Part shown: in pieces, positions 7,428-15,706 of the stretch | Layout: the number at the start of each line of letters is the position of its first letter | Numbering within the stretch: the stretch's first letter is position 1 | Assembly (NCBI GenBank): GCA_031258915.1 | Contig: JAIRMD010000076.1 | Coordinates: forward strand, 1 to 28,629 | Direction of reading: 5' to 3' | Source: Prevotellaceae bacterium | GTDB lineage: Bacteria > Bacteroidota > Bacteroidia > Bacteroidales > UBA932 | DNA length: 28,629 nt | Translations under genes and position numbers: made by a program | The notes under the pieces: generated by a model | The model's database searches: none | Seen by the model: only the letters and a program-made list of their open reading frames with translations | What the model was told of the DNA's origin: nothing

Positions 7428-10238
7428 ATGAAAAAATTATTCCTTCTTGATGCATTTGCCCTCATTTATCGGGCGTATTATGCTTTTATTAAAAAACCTA
7501 TGGTGAATGCTCAGGGGCTGAATACATCGGCCATCTTTGGGTTTACCAAAACGCTGATAGACCTCATCCGCCGCGAAAATCCAACGCACATAGCCGTATG
7601 CTTCGACCCGGGCGGCGAAACGTTCCGCCACCAGATGTACCACGCATACAAGGCAAACCGTAGCGAAACGCCCGAAGTAATCATGCAGTCGGTACCCATC
7701 ATCAAGGAGATTATAGCGGCGTTCAACATCCCCATTATCATGGCGCCAGGCTTTGAGGCCGACGACGTAATCGGTACGCTGGCAAAAAAGGCGGAGGCCG
7801 CCGGATTTGTAACCTACATGATGACGCCCGACAAGGATTACGGGCAGCTGGTGACGGACAACATTTTAATCTTCCGGCCGGCGCGCTGGGGAAAACCGGA
7901 CGAAAAAATCGGCGTCCACGAAATATGTCAGCACTACGGCATACAACGCCCCGAGCAGGTTATTGACGTGCTTGCGCTTTGGGGCGACGCTTCGGACAAC
8001 GTGCCCGGAGCGCCGGGAATTGGCGAAAAAATAGCCACAAGGCTGGTAGCAAAGTACGGCAGCTTGGAGGGGGTAGTTGAGCACGTGCACGAGCTCAGCG
8101 AAAAAAACCGCGAGGCGATAGCGCAAAACATTGCGCAGCTGGAGCTGGCAAAAAAGCTGGTAACGATAGACCTGAACGTCCCCGTGGAGCTGGACGAAGA
8201 GCTGCTGCGAAAAAAGGAGATAGACCAAAACGCTCTGCGCAGCCTATTCTCCATGCTGGAGTTTCACTCCCTGACGCGGGAGCTGCTCGGCAAAAGCGCA
8301 TCGCAGGCGACGGCAAAAAAGCCGTCCGAAGCGCCCACGCAGGGCGATTTGTTCGCCTCAGCCGCTATGGCTGCGCCGGCTCAAGCGAAAGAGGACGCTG
8401 CCGACGCCAAATTGCACTTCAAAACAAGCGCCGACGTTCCCCATACGTACCACGTGGCGCAAAGCGTAAGCGAGGTAGAGGCGCTGTGCGGTATGCTAAT
8501 GCAGCAACCCGAATTTTGCTTTGACAGCGAAACGGACGGCATCAACCCCATTGACGCGGATGTGGTAGGCTTGTCGTTTGCCGTAAAGCCTTACGAGGCT
8601 TGGTTTGTACCGCTATCGCCGGGCGAAGAACATTTTGCGGAAAAGGTGGCGTTGCTTCGCGCTCCGCTGGAAAATGAGGGCATTGCAAAAATAGGGCAAA
8701 ACATCAAGTTTGACTACCTCGTGCTAAAGCACATCGGCATTGCGCTGCAAGGCAGCCTGTTTGACACCATGCTGGCGCACTACCTGCTGGAGCCGGACAT
8801 GCGCCACAACATGAACTACCTCGCCGAAATTTACCTGAGCTACCAGCCTATTTCCATCGAAAGCTTGATCGGCAACAAAAAGGAAGCGCAGAAAAAAATG
8901 TCGCAGGTTGCGCCGGAGCTGCTGGCAGAGTACGCCGCCGAAGACGCCGACGTAACGCTACAGCTGCGCAAAATTTTATTTGAGGAGCTGGACAAAAATA
9001 ACCTGCGGAAGCTCTACGAAGAAATAGAGGCGCCGCTGGTGTACGTGCTGGGCGATATGGAGTGGGAGGGCGTGCGCATCGACGCCAAAGGGCTTGACGA
9101 GTACGGAAAGGAGCTGGCGAGCGACCTGCAAAAGCTCGAGAGGGAAATTCAAACGATTGCCGGCGAACCTGCGCTCAACGTTTTTTCGCCAAAGCAGCTG
9201 GGCGAAGCGCTGTTTGACAAGCTGAAAATCGCGGACAAGGTGCGCACCACCGGAAAAACAAAGCAGTACTCCACCAGCGAGGAAACGCTGATGGCGCTGC
9301 GCGACAAGCACCCCATTATTGACAAGGTGCTGGAGCTGCGGGGGCTGAAAAAGCTGCTATCGTCATACGTAGAAACCTTGCCCACGCTGGTAAACCCGCA
9401 TACGGGGCACATTCACACCTCGTTCAACCAAGCGGTAACCTCCACCGGACGGCTGAGCAGCAACAACCCCAACCTGCAAAACATCCCCATCCGCGACGAG
9501 CGCGGGCGCGAAATCCGAAAAGCCTTTATCCCCTCCGACGAAAACCATATCCTGCTTGCCGCCGACTACTCGCAGGTGGAGCTCCGCATCATGGCGCACC
9601 TGAGCAACGACGCCAACCTCGTTGAGGCTTTTATGAAAAACGAGGATATTCACGCAAGCACCGCCTCAAAAATATTTCACGTGCCCATCGATCAGGTGAG
9701 CAAAGAGCAGCGGAGGCGGGCAAAAACCGCCAATTTTGGCATCATTTACGGCATATCGGCGTACGGGTTGGCGCAGCGGCTCAACATTCCGCGTAGCGAA
9801 GCAAAATTGCTCATCGACGGCTACTTCACCACCTACCCGCAGGTGCGCGCCTACATGGACAACGCCATTAAGGCCGTGCGCGACAGGGGCTACGTGCAAA
9901 CCCTCTGCGAACGCAAGCGCATGCTGCCCGACATCCACTCGCAAAACCCGGTGGTGCGCGGATTTGCCGAGCGCTACGCCATTAACGCGCCCATACAGGG
10001 GTCTGCCGCCGACATTATTAAGCTGGCGATGATAAAGATACACCGCCGCCTGCGCCACGAAAATCTTCAATCGCGCATGATTTTGCAGGTGCACGACGAG
10101 CTGGTCTTTGACGTGTGGAAATCCGAGCTCGAGCAAGTTAAAAAATTGGTCATAAGCGAAATGGAAGCGGCGTACAAGCTGGTGGTGCCGCTGATTGCAG
10201 AGGCCGGAACAGGGGAAAATTGGCTCAACGCGCACTAA
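7428..10238 (+). CDS. polA: DNA polymerase I
   Basis: 936 aa. 5'-3' exonuclease (LLDAFALIYRAYYA, GFEADDVIGT, PDKDYGQL), 3'-5' exonuclease acidic motifs (FDSET, QNIKFD, YAAEDAD) and polymerase motifs (DYSQVELR, RRRAKTANFGIIYG, QVHDEL). Confidence 0.98.
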   Translation: MKKLFLLDAFALIYRAYYAFIKKPMVNAQGLNTSAIFGFTKTLIDLIRRENPTHIAVCFDPGGETFRHQMYHAYKANRSETPEVIMQSVPIIKEIIAAFNIPIIMAPGFEADDVIGTLAKKAEAAGFVTYMMTPDKDYGQLVTDNILIFRPARWGKPDEKIGVHEICQHYGIQRPEQVIDVLALWGDASDNVPGAPGIGEKIATRLVAKYGSLEGVVEHVHELSEKNREAIAQNIAQLELAKKLVTIDLNVPVELDEELLRKKEIDQNALRSLFSMLEFHSLTRELLGKSASQATAKKPSEAPTQGDLFASAAMAAPAQAKEDAADAKLHFKTSADVPHTYHVAQSVSEVEALCGMLMQQPEFCFDSETDGINPIDADVVGLSFAVKPYEAWFVPLSPGEEHFAEKVALLRAPLENEGIAKIGQNIKFDYLVLKHIGIALQGSLFDTMLAHYLLEPDMRHNMNYLAEIYLSYQPISIESLIGNKKEAQKKMSQVAPELLAEYAAEDADVTLQLRKILFEELDKNNLRKLYEEIEAPLVYVLGDMEWEGVRIDAKGLDEYGKELASDLQKLEREIQTIAGEPALNVFSPKQLGEALFDKLKIADKVRTTGKTKQYSTSEETLMALRDKHPIIDKVLELRGLKKLLSSYVETLPTLVNPHTGHIHTSFNQAVTSTGRLSSNNPNLQNIPIRDERGREIRKAFIPSDENHILLAADYSQVELRIMAHLSNDANLVEAFMKNEDIHASTASKIFHVPIDQVSKEQRRRAKTANFGIIYGISAYGLAQRLNIPRSEAKLLIDGYFTTYPQVRAYMDNAIKAVRDRGYVQTLCERKRMLPDIHSQNPVVRGFAERYAINAPIQGSAADIIKLAMIKIHRRLRHENLQSRMILQVHDELVFDVWKSELEQVKKLVISEMEAAYKLVVPLIAEAGTGENWLNAH

Positions 10239-10256
10239 GGATCTACTTTTATACGC

Positions 10257-10272
10257 TTGTGCACGGACACAA
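10257..10272. promoter_or_regulatory. Candidate LacI-type operator TTGTG-CA-CG-GA-CACAA upstream of the LacI-uxaB-uxaA unit
   Basis: 16-bp CG-centred palindrome with perfect 5-bp outer arms, the usual architecture of LacI-family operators. Confidence 0.55.
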
Positions 10273-10318
10273 AATTATAGTTCTCTATTTATCAGAGTGT
10301 TGTGATATTTTTATGCCT

Positions 10319-10346
10319 TAATTATGCTTGTAGAATAGCATAATTA
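10319..10346. promoter_or_regulatory. 10-bp perfect inverted repeat TAATTATGCT-N8-AGCATAATTA
   Basis: Arms at 10319-10328 and 10337-10346, in the polA-LacI intergenic region. Confidence 0.45.
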
Positions 10347-10439
10347 CACAAAAAAATATTATTTTTGTATTTATATTGCAAAACGGTAAAGCAATGTGGT
10401 AAATCCCAAATCATACTAATCATAAAAAAATACTTACCG

Positions 10440-11558
10440 ATGCCTGATACTAACGAAATTAAGAAAACCACTTTTTCTGACGATAAAGTGCGCATAAAAG
10501 ATATTGCTGTTTTGGCAAACGTGTCAGCGGGTACCGTTGACCGCGTAATCCACAATCGCGGAGGAGTTGCTCCCGATAGCAAAAAGCGCATTGAGGATAT
10601 TCTACAGGAGCTCAACTTCAAGCCCAACAGAATGGCGCGGGTGCTGGCCATCAAAAAAGATTACAAGCTGGTGGTGCTGCTGCCCGAAGCTGCGCAGGGC
10701 GACTACTGGTGGGACATCATCAAAGGCATTAAGCGCGCAGAGGAGGAGGTCTCCGACTACCGCGTAAAAACGGAGGTGCTGCAATTCAACCAGTATAGCA
10801 TGGAGTCGTTTGCAACGCTGGCGCAGCGCCTGCTCGACCTCACCCCCGACGGCGTGCTGATGGCGCCTTTCTTCAGGCGCGAGGTGCTCAAGCTCACCAA
10901 AGAGCTGGAGGAGCGCAATATTCCGTTTGTCTTTGTAGACTCTAACGTAGAAAGCGTGAATTGCCTTGCCTACTACGGTCAGCAGTCGCACCAAAGCGGC
11001 TACGTGGCTGCAAAAATAATGCTGGGCAACCTCGAAAAATCTTCTACCATACTTTTGGTGCACATGATGCGCGAAGGAGGCGAAGCTATCGGCTCTAACC
11101 AAACGGCAAAGCGCGAGGAAGGCTTCCTTGCCTACATCGAAAAATATTCGCTTGAGCTGTCCTACCAGCTGGTTCGGGTGAACTTGCACGCGGAGGATGA
11201 AAGCGGAAACGAGGCGCACCTTGAGGAGATATTCAGGCAGCACCAAAACATACGGGGAATTATCATGTTCAATTCGCGTATTTACCGCATTGCTGACTTT
11301 TTGGAGAAACGAAAAATAAAAAATATCCGCCTTATAGGCTACGACTTGCTTGAGCGCAACGTGCAGTATCTAAAAAGCGGCGTGATAGAATGTCTTATTG
11401 CGCAACGTCCGCAGCTGCAAGGATACTACGGTCTGACGGCCTTAGCAAGACGACTCGCCTTTCACCAGCCCTCAAAACCGGTATGCTACATGCCCATTGA
11501 TATTCTTTTTAAGGAAAACATCAACGACTACAAGGTGTACCCATTTGATGTGGACTGA
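10440..11558 (+). CDS. LacI-family transcriptional regulator of hexuronate catabolism (UxaR-like)
   Basis: HTH IKDIAVLANVSAGTVDRVIHNRGGV plus a periplasmic-binding-protein-like sensor domain, directly upstream of uxaB-uxaA. ATG 10440 (372 aa) is preferred over the track's TTG at 10365. Confidence 0.9.
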   Translation: MPDTNEIKKTTFSDDKVRIKDIAVLANVSAGTVDRVIHNRGGVAPDSKKRIEDILQELNFKPNRMARVLAIKKDYKLVVLLPEAAQGDYWWDIIKGIKRAEEEVSDYRVKTEVLQFNQYSMESFATLAQRLLDLTPDGVLMAPFFRREVLKLTKELEERNIPFVFVDSNVESVNCLAYYGQQSHQSGYVAAKIMLGNLEKSSTILLVHMMREGGEAIGSNQTAKREEGFLAYIEKYSLELSYQLVRVNLHAEDESGNEAHLEEIFRQHQNIRGIIMFNSRIYRIADFLEKRKIKNIRLIGYDLLERNVQYLKSGVIECLIAQRPQLQGYYGLTALARRLAFHQPSKPVCYMPIDILFKENINDYKVYPFDVD

Positions 11559-11603
11559 GGAGCGCTAAGCGCTAACCCGAGTGTTGAGAAGTTGAACGAA
11601 TTG

Positions 11604-11624
11604 CATTAAACATTAACCATTAAC
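11604..11624. repeat. Heptamer tandem repeat CATTAAA-CATTAAC-CATTAAC
   Basis: Three units ending 8 nt before the uxaB ATG. Confidence 0.75.
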
Positions 11625-11632
11625 CAGAAAAA

Positions 11633-13075
11633 ATGTTACGCTTAAACAGAAAAAACGTCCCGGAGGCTAAGGTACGCCCCGAAAGAATTATACAGTTTGG
11701 CGAAGGTAATTTCCTTCGCGCTTTTGTTGACTGGATTGTGTTCAACATGAACGAAAAAGCCTGCTTCAACAGCAGCGTAGTGGTAGTGCAGCCCATAGAA
11801 AACGGCATGGTGGATATGCTCAACGAGCAGGACGGCTTGTACCACCTCAACCTGCAAGGGCTTGACAACGGCAAGCAGGTGGACAGCTTACAGCTGATTG
11901 ACGTTATTAGCCGCGGGCTAAACCCCTATACGCAGTTTGAGGAATACCTGAAGCTTGCCGAAAACCCCGAAATGCGCTTTGTGATTTCAAACACAACCGA
12001 AGCCGGCATCGCGTTTCGCGACGAAGATAAGCCGGACGACAAGCCGGCAAAATCCTACCCGGGCAAGCTGACGCAGCTGCTCTACCACCGCTTCAAAACC
12101 TTCGGCGGAGCCGCCGACAAGGGGTTTATCATCCTGCCTTGCGAGCTGATTTTCCACAACGGGGCAGCGCTGAAAAAGTGCATTGAGCAGTACGCTGACC
12201 TTTGGCAGCTGGGCGACGCCTTCAAAGCGTGGTTTAGCTCCTCGTGCGGCGTGTACAGCACGCTGGTTGACCGCATTGTGCCGGGGTATCCAAAGGATAC
12301 TATCAGCGAAATTTTGGCAAAAATAGGCTGCGAAGATAAGCTGGTGGTAAAAGGCGAAATCTTTCACCTCTGGGTAATCGAAGCGCCGGCAAGCGTAGCG
12401 TCTGAATTTCCCGCCGACAAGGCGGGGCTGAACGTGCTGTTTGTGCCCAACGAAAAACCATACCACGAGCGCAAGGTAACGCTGCTCAACGGTCCGCATA
12501 CCGTCCTCTCGCCCGTTGCCTACCTGAGCGGCCTGAACACCGTGCGCGAAGCTTGCGAGCACGAGCTTATCGGAAAGTACGTCCGCAAGGTGATGTACGA
12601 CGAGCTGCTCCCAACGCTCGACCTGCCCAAAACCGAGCTCGAAGCGTTTGCCGACGCGGTGCTCGAAAGATTCCGTAACCCTTTTGTAAAGCACTTCGTA
12701 ACGAGCATTATGCTCAACTCATTCTCCAAATTTAAAACGCGCGACCTGCCCGGCATAAAAATTTACTTGGAGCGCAAGGGACGCCTGCCGGCGGCGCTGA
12801 CGCTGGGGCTTGCCGCAATCTGCGTGTACTACAGGGGAGGCAAGCGCGGCAACGATGACATCACCCCCAACGACGACCCGCAAATTCTTGAATTGCTCAC
12901 CAACCTGTGGACTTGCTCCAACGGCGACGCTAAAAAAGTAGCCTCAGGCGTGCTTGCAGCCACCAAGATTTGGGGAGAAGACCTGAACGCAACCCCCGGC
13001 CTCACCGATTTACTTGCCAAAAACATCGAAAGCATTTTGAGCAAGGGAATGCTGGAAACGGTAAAAGCGCTATGA
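11633..13075 (+). CDS. uxaB: Tagaturonate reductase (altronate oxidoreductase)
   Basis: 480 aa with IIQFGEGNFLRAFVDW, SNTTEAGI, LPCELI, LVDRIVPG and RKVTLLNGPHT, and adjacent to uxaA. Confidence 0.95.
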   Translation: MLRLNRKNVPEAKVRPERIIQFGEGNFLRAFVDWIVFNMNEKACFNSSVVVVQPIENGMVDMLNEQDGLYHLNLQGLDNGKQVDSLQLIDVISRGLNPYTQFEEYLKLAENPEMRFVISNTTEAGIAFRDEDKPDDKPAKSYPGKLTQLLYHRFKTFGGAADKGFIILPCELIFHNGAALKKCIEQYADLWQLGDAFKAWFSSSCGVYSTLVDRIVPGYPKDTISEILAKIGCEDKLVVKGEIFHLWVIEAPASVASEFPADKAGLNVLFVPNEKPYHERKVTLLNGPHTVLSPVAYLSGLNTVREACEHELIGKYVRKVMYDELLPTLDLPKTELEAFADAVLERFRNPFVKHFVTSIMLNSFSKFKTRDLPGIKIYLERKGRLPAALTLGLAAICVYYRGGKRGNDDITPNDDPQILELLTNLWTCSNGDAKKVASGVLAATKIWGEDLNATPGLTDLLAKNIESILSKGMLETVKAL

Positions 13076-14562
13076 TGAATAAATTTTTGCAGATACACCC
13101 CGCCGATAACGTTGCTGTTGCCGTTGCTCCGCTTTTTGCGAAAAGCCTGATTACGGTAAACGGCGTCAGCTTTGCGCTAAAATCGGACATTCCGCAGGGG
13201 CATAAATTCGCGCTTGCGCCGCTACAAGCTGGCGACAACGTGATCAAGTACGGCTACGCTATCGGGCGCGCCATAGCCGGCATTGCGCAGGGCGATTGGG
13301 TGAACGAAAAAAACATAAAAACTAACCTCGAAGGGCTGCTCGAATACAAGTACTCGCCGGTGAGCGCCCAATCCGCCTACGCCAACCGCAACATGACCTT
13401 CAAAGGCTACAGGCGCAAAAACGGCGAGGCGGGCATTCGCAACGAGCTGTGGATTGTGCCCACCGTGGGCTGCGTGAACGGCGCCGCCAACCAGCTGGCG
13501 GAAATGCTCAAGGCCGAAACCGGTGAAAGCAAGCTGGACGCCATAGCTGCGTACAACCACAGCTACGGATGCTCACAGCTGGGCGACGACCACGAAAATA
13601 CGCGGAAAATTTTACGAGATATTGTGCTGCACCCTAACGCCGGCGCGGTGCTGGTAGTAGGCTTAGGCTGCGAAAACAACCAGATAGAGGCTTTTCGCGC
13701 TCTTTTGGGAGAGTACGACAAGGAGCGTATTTTTTTCCTTGAGGCGCAAAAGGTCAAAGATGAGCTGGAGGAAGGGATGAAGCTGCTGCGTGAGCTGTAC
13801 GCAAAAGCGTCCGCCGATATGCGCACCGACGTACCGCTGTCGGAGCTGCGCGTGGGGCTTAAATGCGGCGGCTCCGACGGGCTTTCGGGCATCACGGCAA
13901 ACCCTCTGCTGGGCTTGTTCTCCGATTTCTTGGCAGCGCAAGGCGGCGCTACGGTGCTCACCGAAGTCCCCGAAATGTTTGGCGCAGAAACCATCCTGAT
14001 GAATCGCTGCGAAAGCGCCGGGGTATTCGATAAAACGGTGCACCTGATTAACGACTTCAAAGAATATTTTGTCAAAAACAACCAGCCGATATACGAAAAT
14101 CCCTCGCCCGGAAACAAGGCGGGAGGCATTTCAACGCTTGAGGAAAAATCGCTGGGGTGCACGCAAAAGTCCGGGACGTCGGTGGTAAAGGATGTGCTGA
14201 TGTACGGCGAAAGAATTAAGCAAAAAGGGCTGAACCTGCTAAGCGCACCCGGAAACGATCTCGTGGCGGCAACTGCGCTGGGAGCGGCGGGCTGCCAGAT
14301 GGTGCTGTTCACCACCGGGCGGGGAACGCCCTTCGGCAGCTTTGTGCCAACCGTAAAAATATCAACCAACACCCAGCTCTTTCAGAGCAAACCCGGCTGG
14401 ATTGACTTCAACGCCGGAAGCATTGTTGAAAGCGAAGCGATGGACGCTGCCGCCGAACGCCTCATTGCCTACTTGATAGAAGTTGCCAATGGCGAAAAGG
14501 TGAACACCGAAAAGAAAAATTTCAGGGAAATAGCAATATTCAAAACCGGAGTAACGCTATAA
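13072..14562 (+). CDS. uxaA: Altronate dehydratase
   Basis: N-terminal SAF domain (IHPADNVAVA, GHKFAL, VIKYG), GCSQLGDD, CGGSDGLSGITANP and FTTGRGTPFG. ATG 13072 overlaps the uxaB stop (ATGA), giving 496 aa. The track's TTG at 12970 is rejected. Confidence 0.95.
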   Translation: MMNKFLQIHPADNVAVAVAPLFAKSLITVNGVSFALKSDIPQGHKFALAPLQAGDNVIKYGYAIGRAIAGIAQGDWVNEKNIKTNLEGLLEYKYSPVSAQSAYANRNMTFKGYRRKNGEAGIRNELWIVPTVGCVNGAANQLAEMLKAETGESKLDAIAAYNHSYGCSQLGDDHENTRKILRDIVLHPNAGAVLVVGLGCENNQIEAFRALLGEYDKERIFFLEAQKVKDELEEGMKLLRELYAKASADMRTDVPLSELRVGLKCGGSDGLSGITANPLLGLFSDFLAAQGGATVLTEVPEMFGAETILMNRCESAGVFDKTVHLINDFKEYFVKNNQPIYENPSPGNKAGGISTLEEKSLGCTQKSGTSVVKDVLMYGERIKQKGLNLLSAPGNDLVAATALGAAGCQMVLFTTGRGTPFGSFVPTVKISTNTQLFQSKPGWIDFNAGSIVESEAMDAAAERLIAYLIEVANGEKVNTEKKNFREIAIFKTGVTL

Positions 14563-14768
14563 GAATTAATCCCGCATTTAAAAAGTGTGCTATTATGGAC
14601 GATAGAGCGCTACCATTTCTTTACCATACATTGAATTCATCGTATTGATTCGCTTACGCACGCTTATTCCCTCCAGCTTCGCCCTGCACGTTTTATGCGC
14701 AACCTCCGTTGTCTGCAGAAAATGTCGGGATAACTTTACCGCACCAATTTTTTTCCGGATATTTTGCG

Positions 14769-14776
14769 TACATTTG
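14769..14776 (+). promoter_or_regulatory. -7 box (TACATTTG) for fabI
   Basis: Perfect TAnnTTTG about 30 nt upstream of ATG 14807. Confidence 0.6.
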
Positions 14777-14806
14777 TTCTCAATTTTCAAAAAAGGAAAA
14801 AATAAT

Positions 14807-15691
14807 ATGAATTTTGGGTTACTAAAAGGCAAACGAGGCCTTATTTTTGGAGCGCTCAACGAGAAATCTATTGCGTGGAAGGTGGCGGAGCGCGCCTACG
14901 AAGAAGGAGCGCAGGTTGTGCTGACAAACACACCTGTCTCCATGCGCTTTGGAAACATTAACGAGTTGGCAACCAAGCTCAACACTATCGCCATTCCTGC
15001 CGATGCAACTAAAGTGGAAGACTTGGAAAATTTGGTAAAAAAAGGCATGGATCGTCTCGGCGGACAGTTCGATTTTGTGCTGCACTCTATCGGCATGTCG
15101 CCCAACGTGCGCAAGGGAAGAACGTACGACGACCTCAACTACGATTACCTGCAGCAAACGCTGGATATATCCGCCATTTCGTTTCACAAGATGCTGCAAG
15201 TATGCCGCAAAGCCGACGCCATCAGCACCTGGGGCTCGGTGGTGGCGCTGTCGTACATTGCGGCGCAGCGCACGCTGTACGGTTACAACGATATGGCCGA
15301 CGCCAAGGCTATGCTGGAATCCATTGCCCGCAGCTTTGGGTACATTTACGGGCGCGAAAAGAAAATCCGCATCAACACGGTTTCGCAATCGCCCACGCTG
15401 ACTACGGCCGGAAGCGGCATCATGGGCTTTGACAACCTCGTGGATTTTGCCGACCGCATGTCGCCGCTCGGCAACGCCAACGCCGAAGACTGCGCCAACT
15501 ACGTTATCACGCTATTCTCCGACCTGACCCGCAAAGTTACCATGCAAAACCTCTTCCACGACGGCGGATACGCTAGCATGGGCATGAGCTTCCGCGCCAT
15601 GAAAGTCTACAACGAAGGGCTTGAATACAGGGATGTAAAGGAGGATAAGACGCGGCAGCAAAAGAAAAACGAACCGGAAATCAAATCATAA
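14807..15691 (+). CDS. fabI: Enoyl-ACP reductase (NADH)
   Basis: GLLKGKRGLIFGALNEKSIAW, LHSIGMS, YNDMADAKAMLES and INTVSQSPT. Start at ATG 14807 gives 294 aa. Confidence 0.93.
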   Translation: MNFGLLKGKRGLIFGALNEKSIAWKVAERAYEEGAQVVLTNTPVSMRFGNINELATKLNTIAIPADATKVEDLENLVKKGMDRLGGQFDFVLHSIGMSPNVRKGRTYDDLNYDYLQQTLDISAISFHKMLQVCRKADAISTWGSVVALSYIAAQRTLYGYNDMADAKAMLESIARSFGYIYGREKKIRINTVSQSPTLTTAGSGIMGFDNLVDFADRMSPLGNANAEDCANYVITLFSDLTRKVTMQNLFHDGGYASMGMSFRAMKVYNEGLEYRDVKEDKTRQQKKNEPEIKS

Positions 15692-15706
15692 AGAAATTAC
15701 CTCACC

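Noticed and set aside
14593-14859. 88-aa minus-strand ORF and the 240-nt uxaA-fabI spacer
   Set aside because: Overlaps the fabI start and promoter. I could not recognise a family, RNA motif or strong hairpin in any frame.
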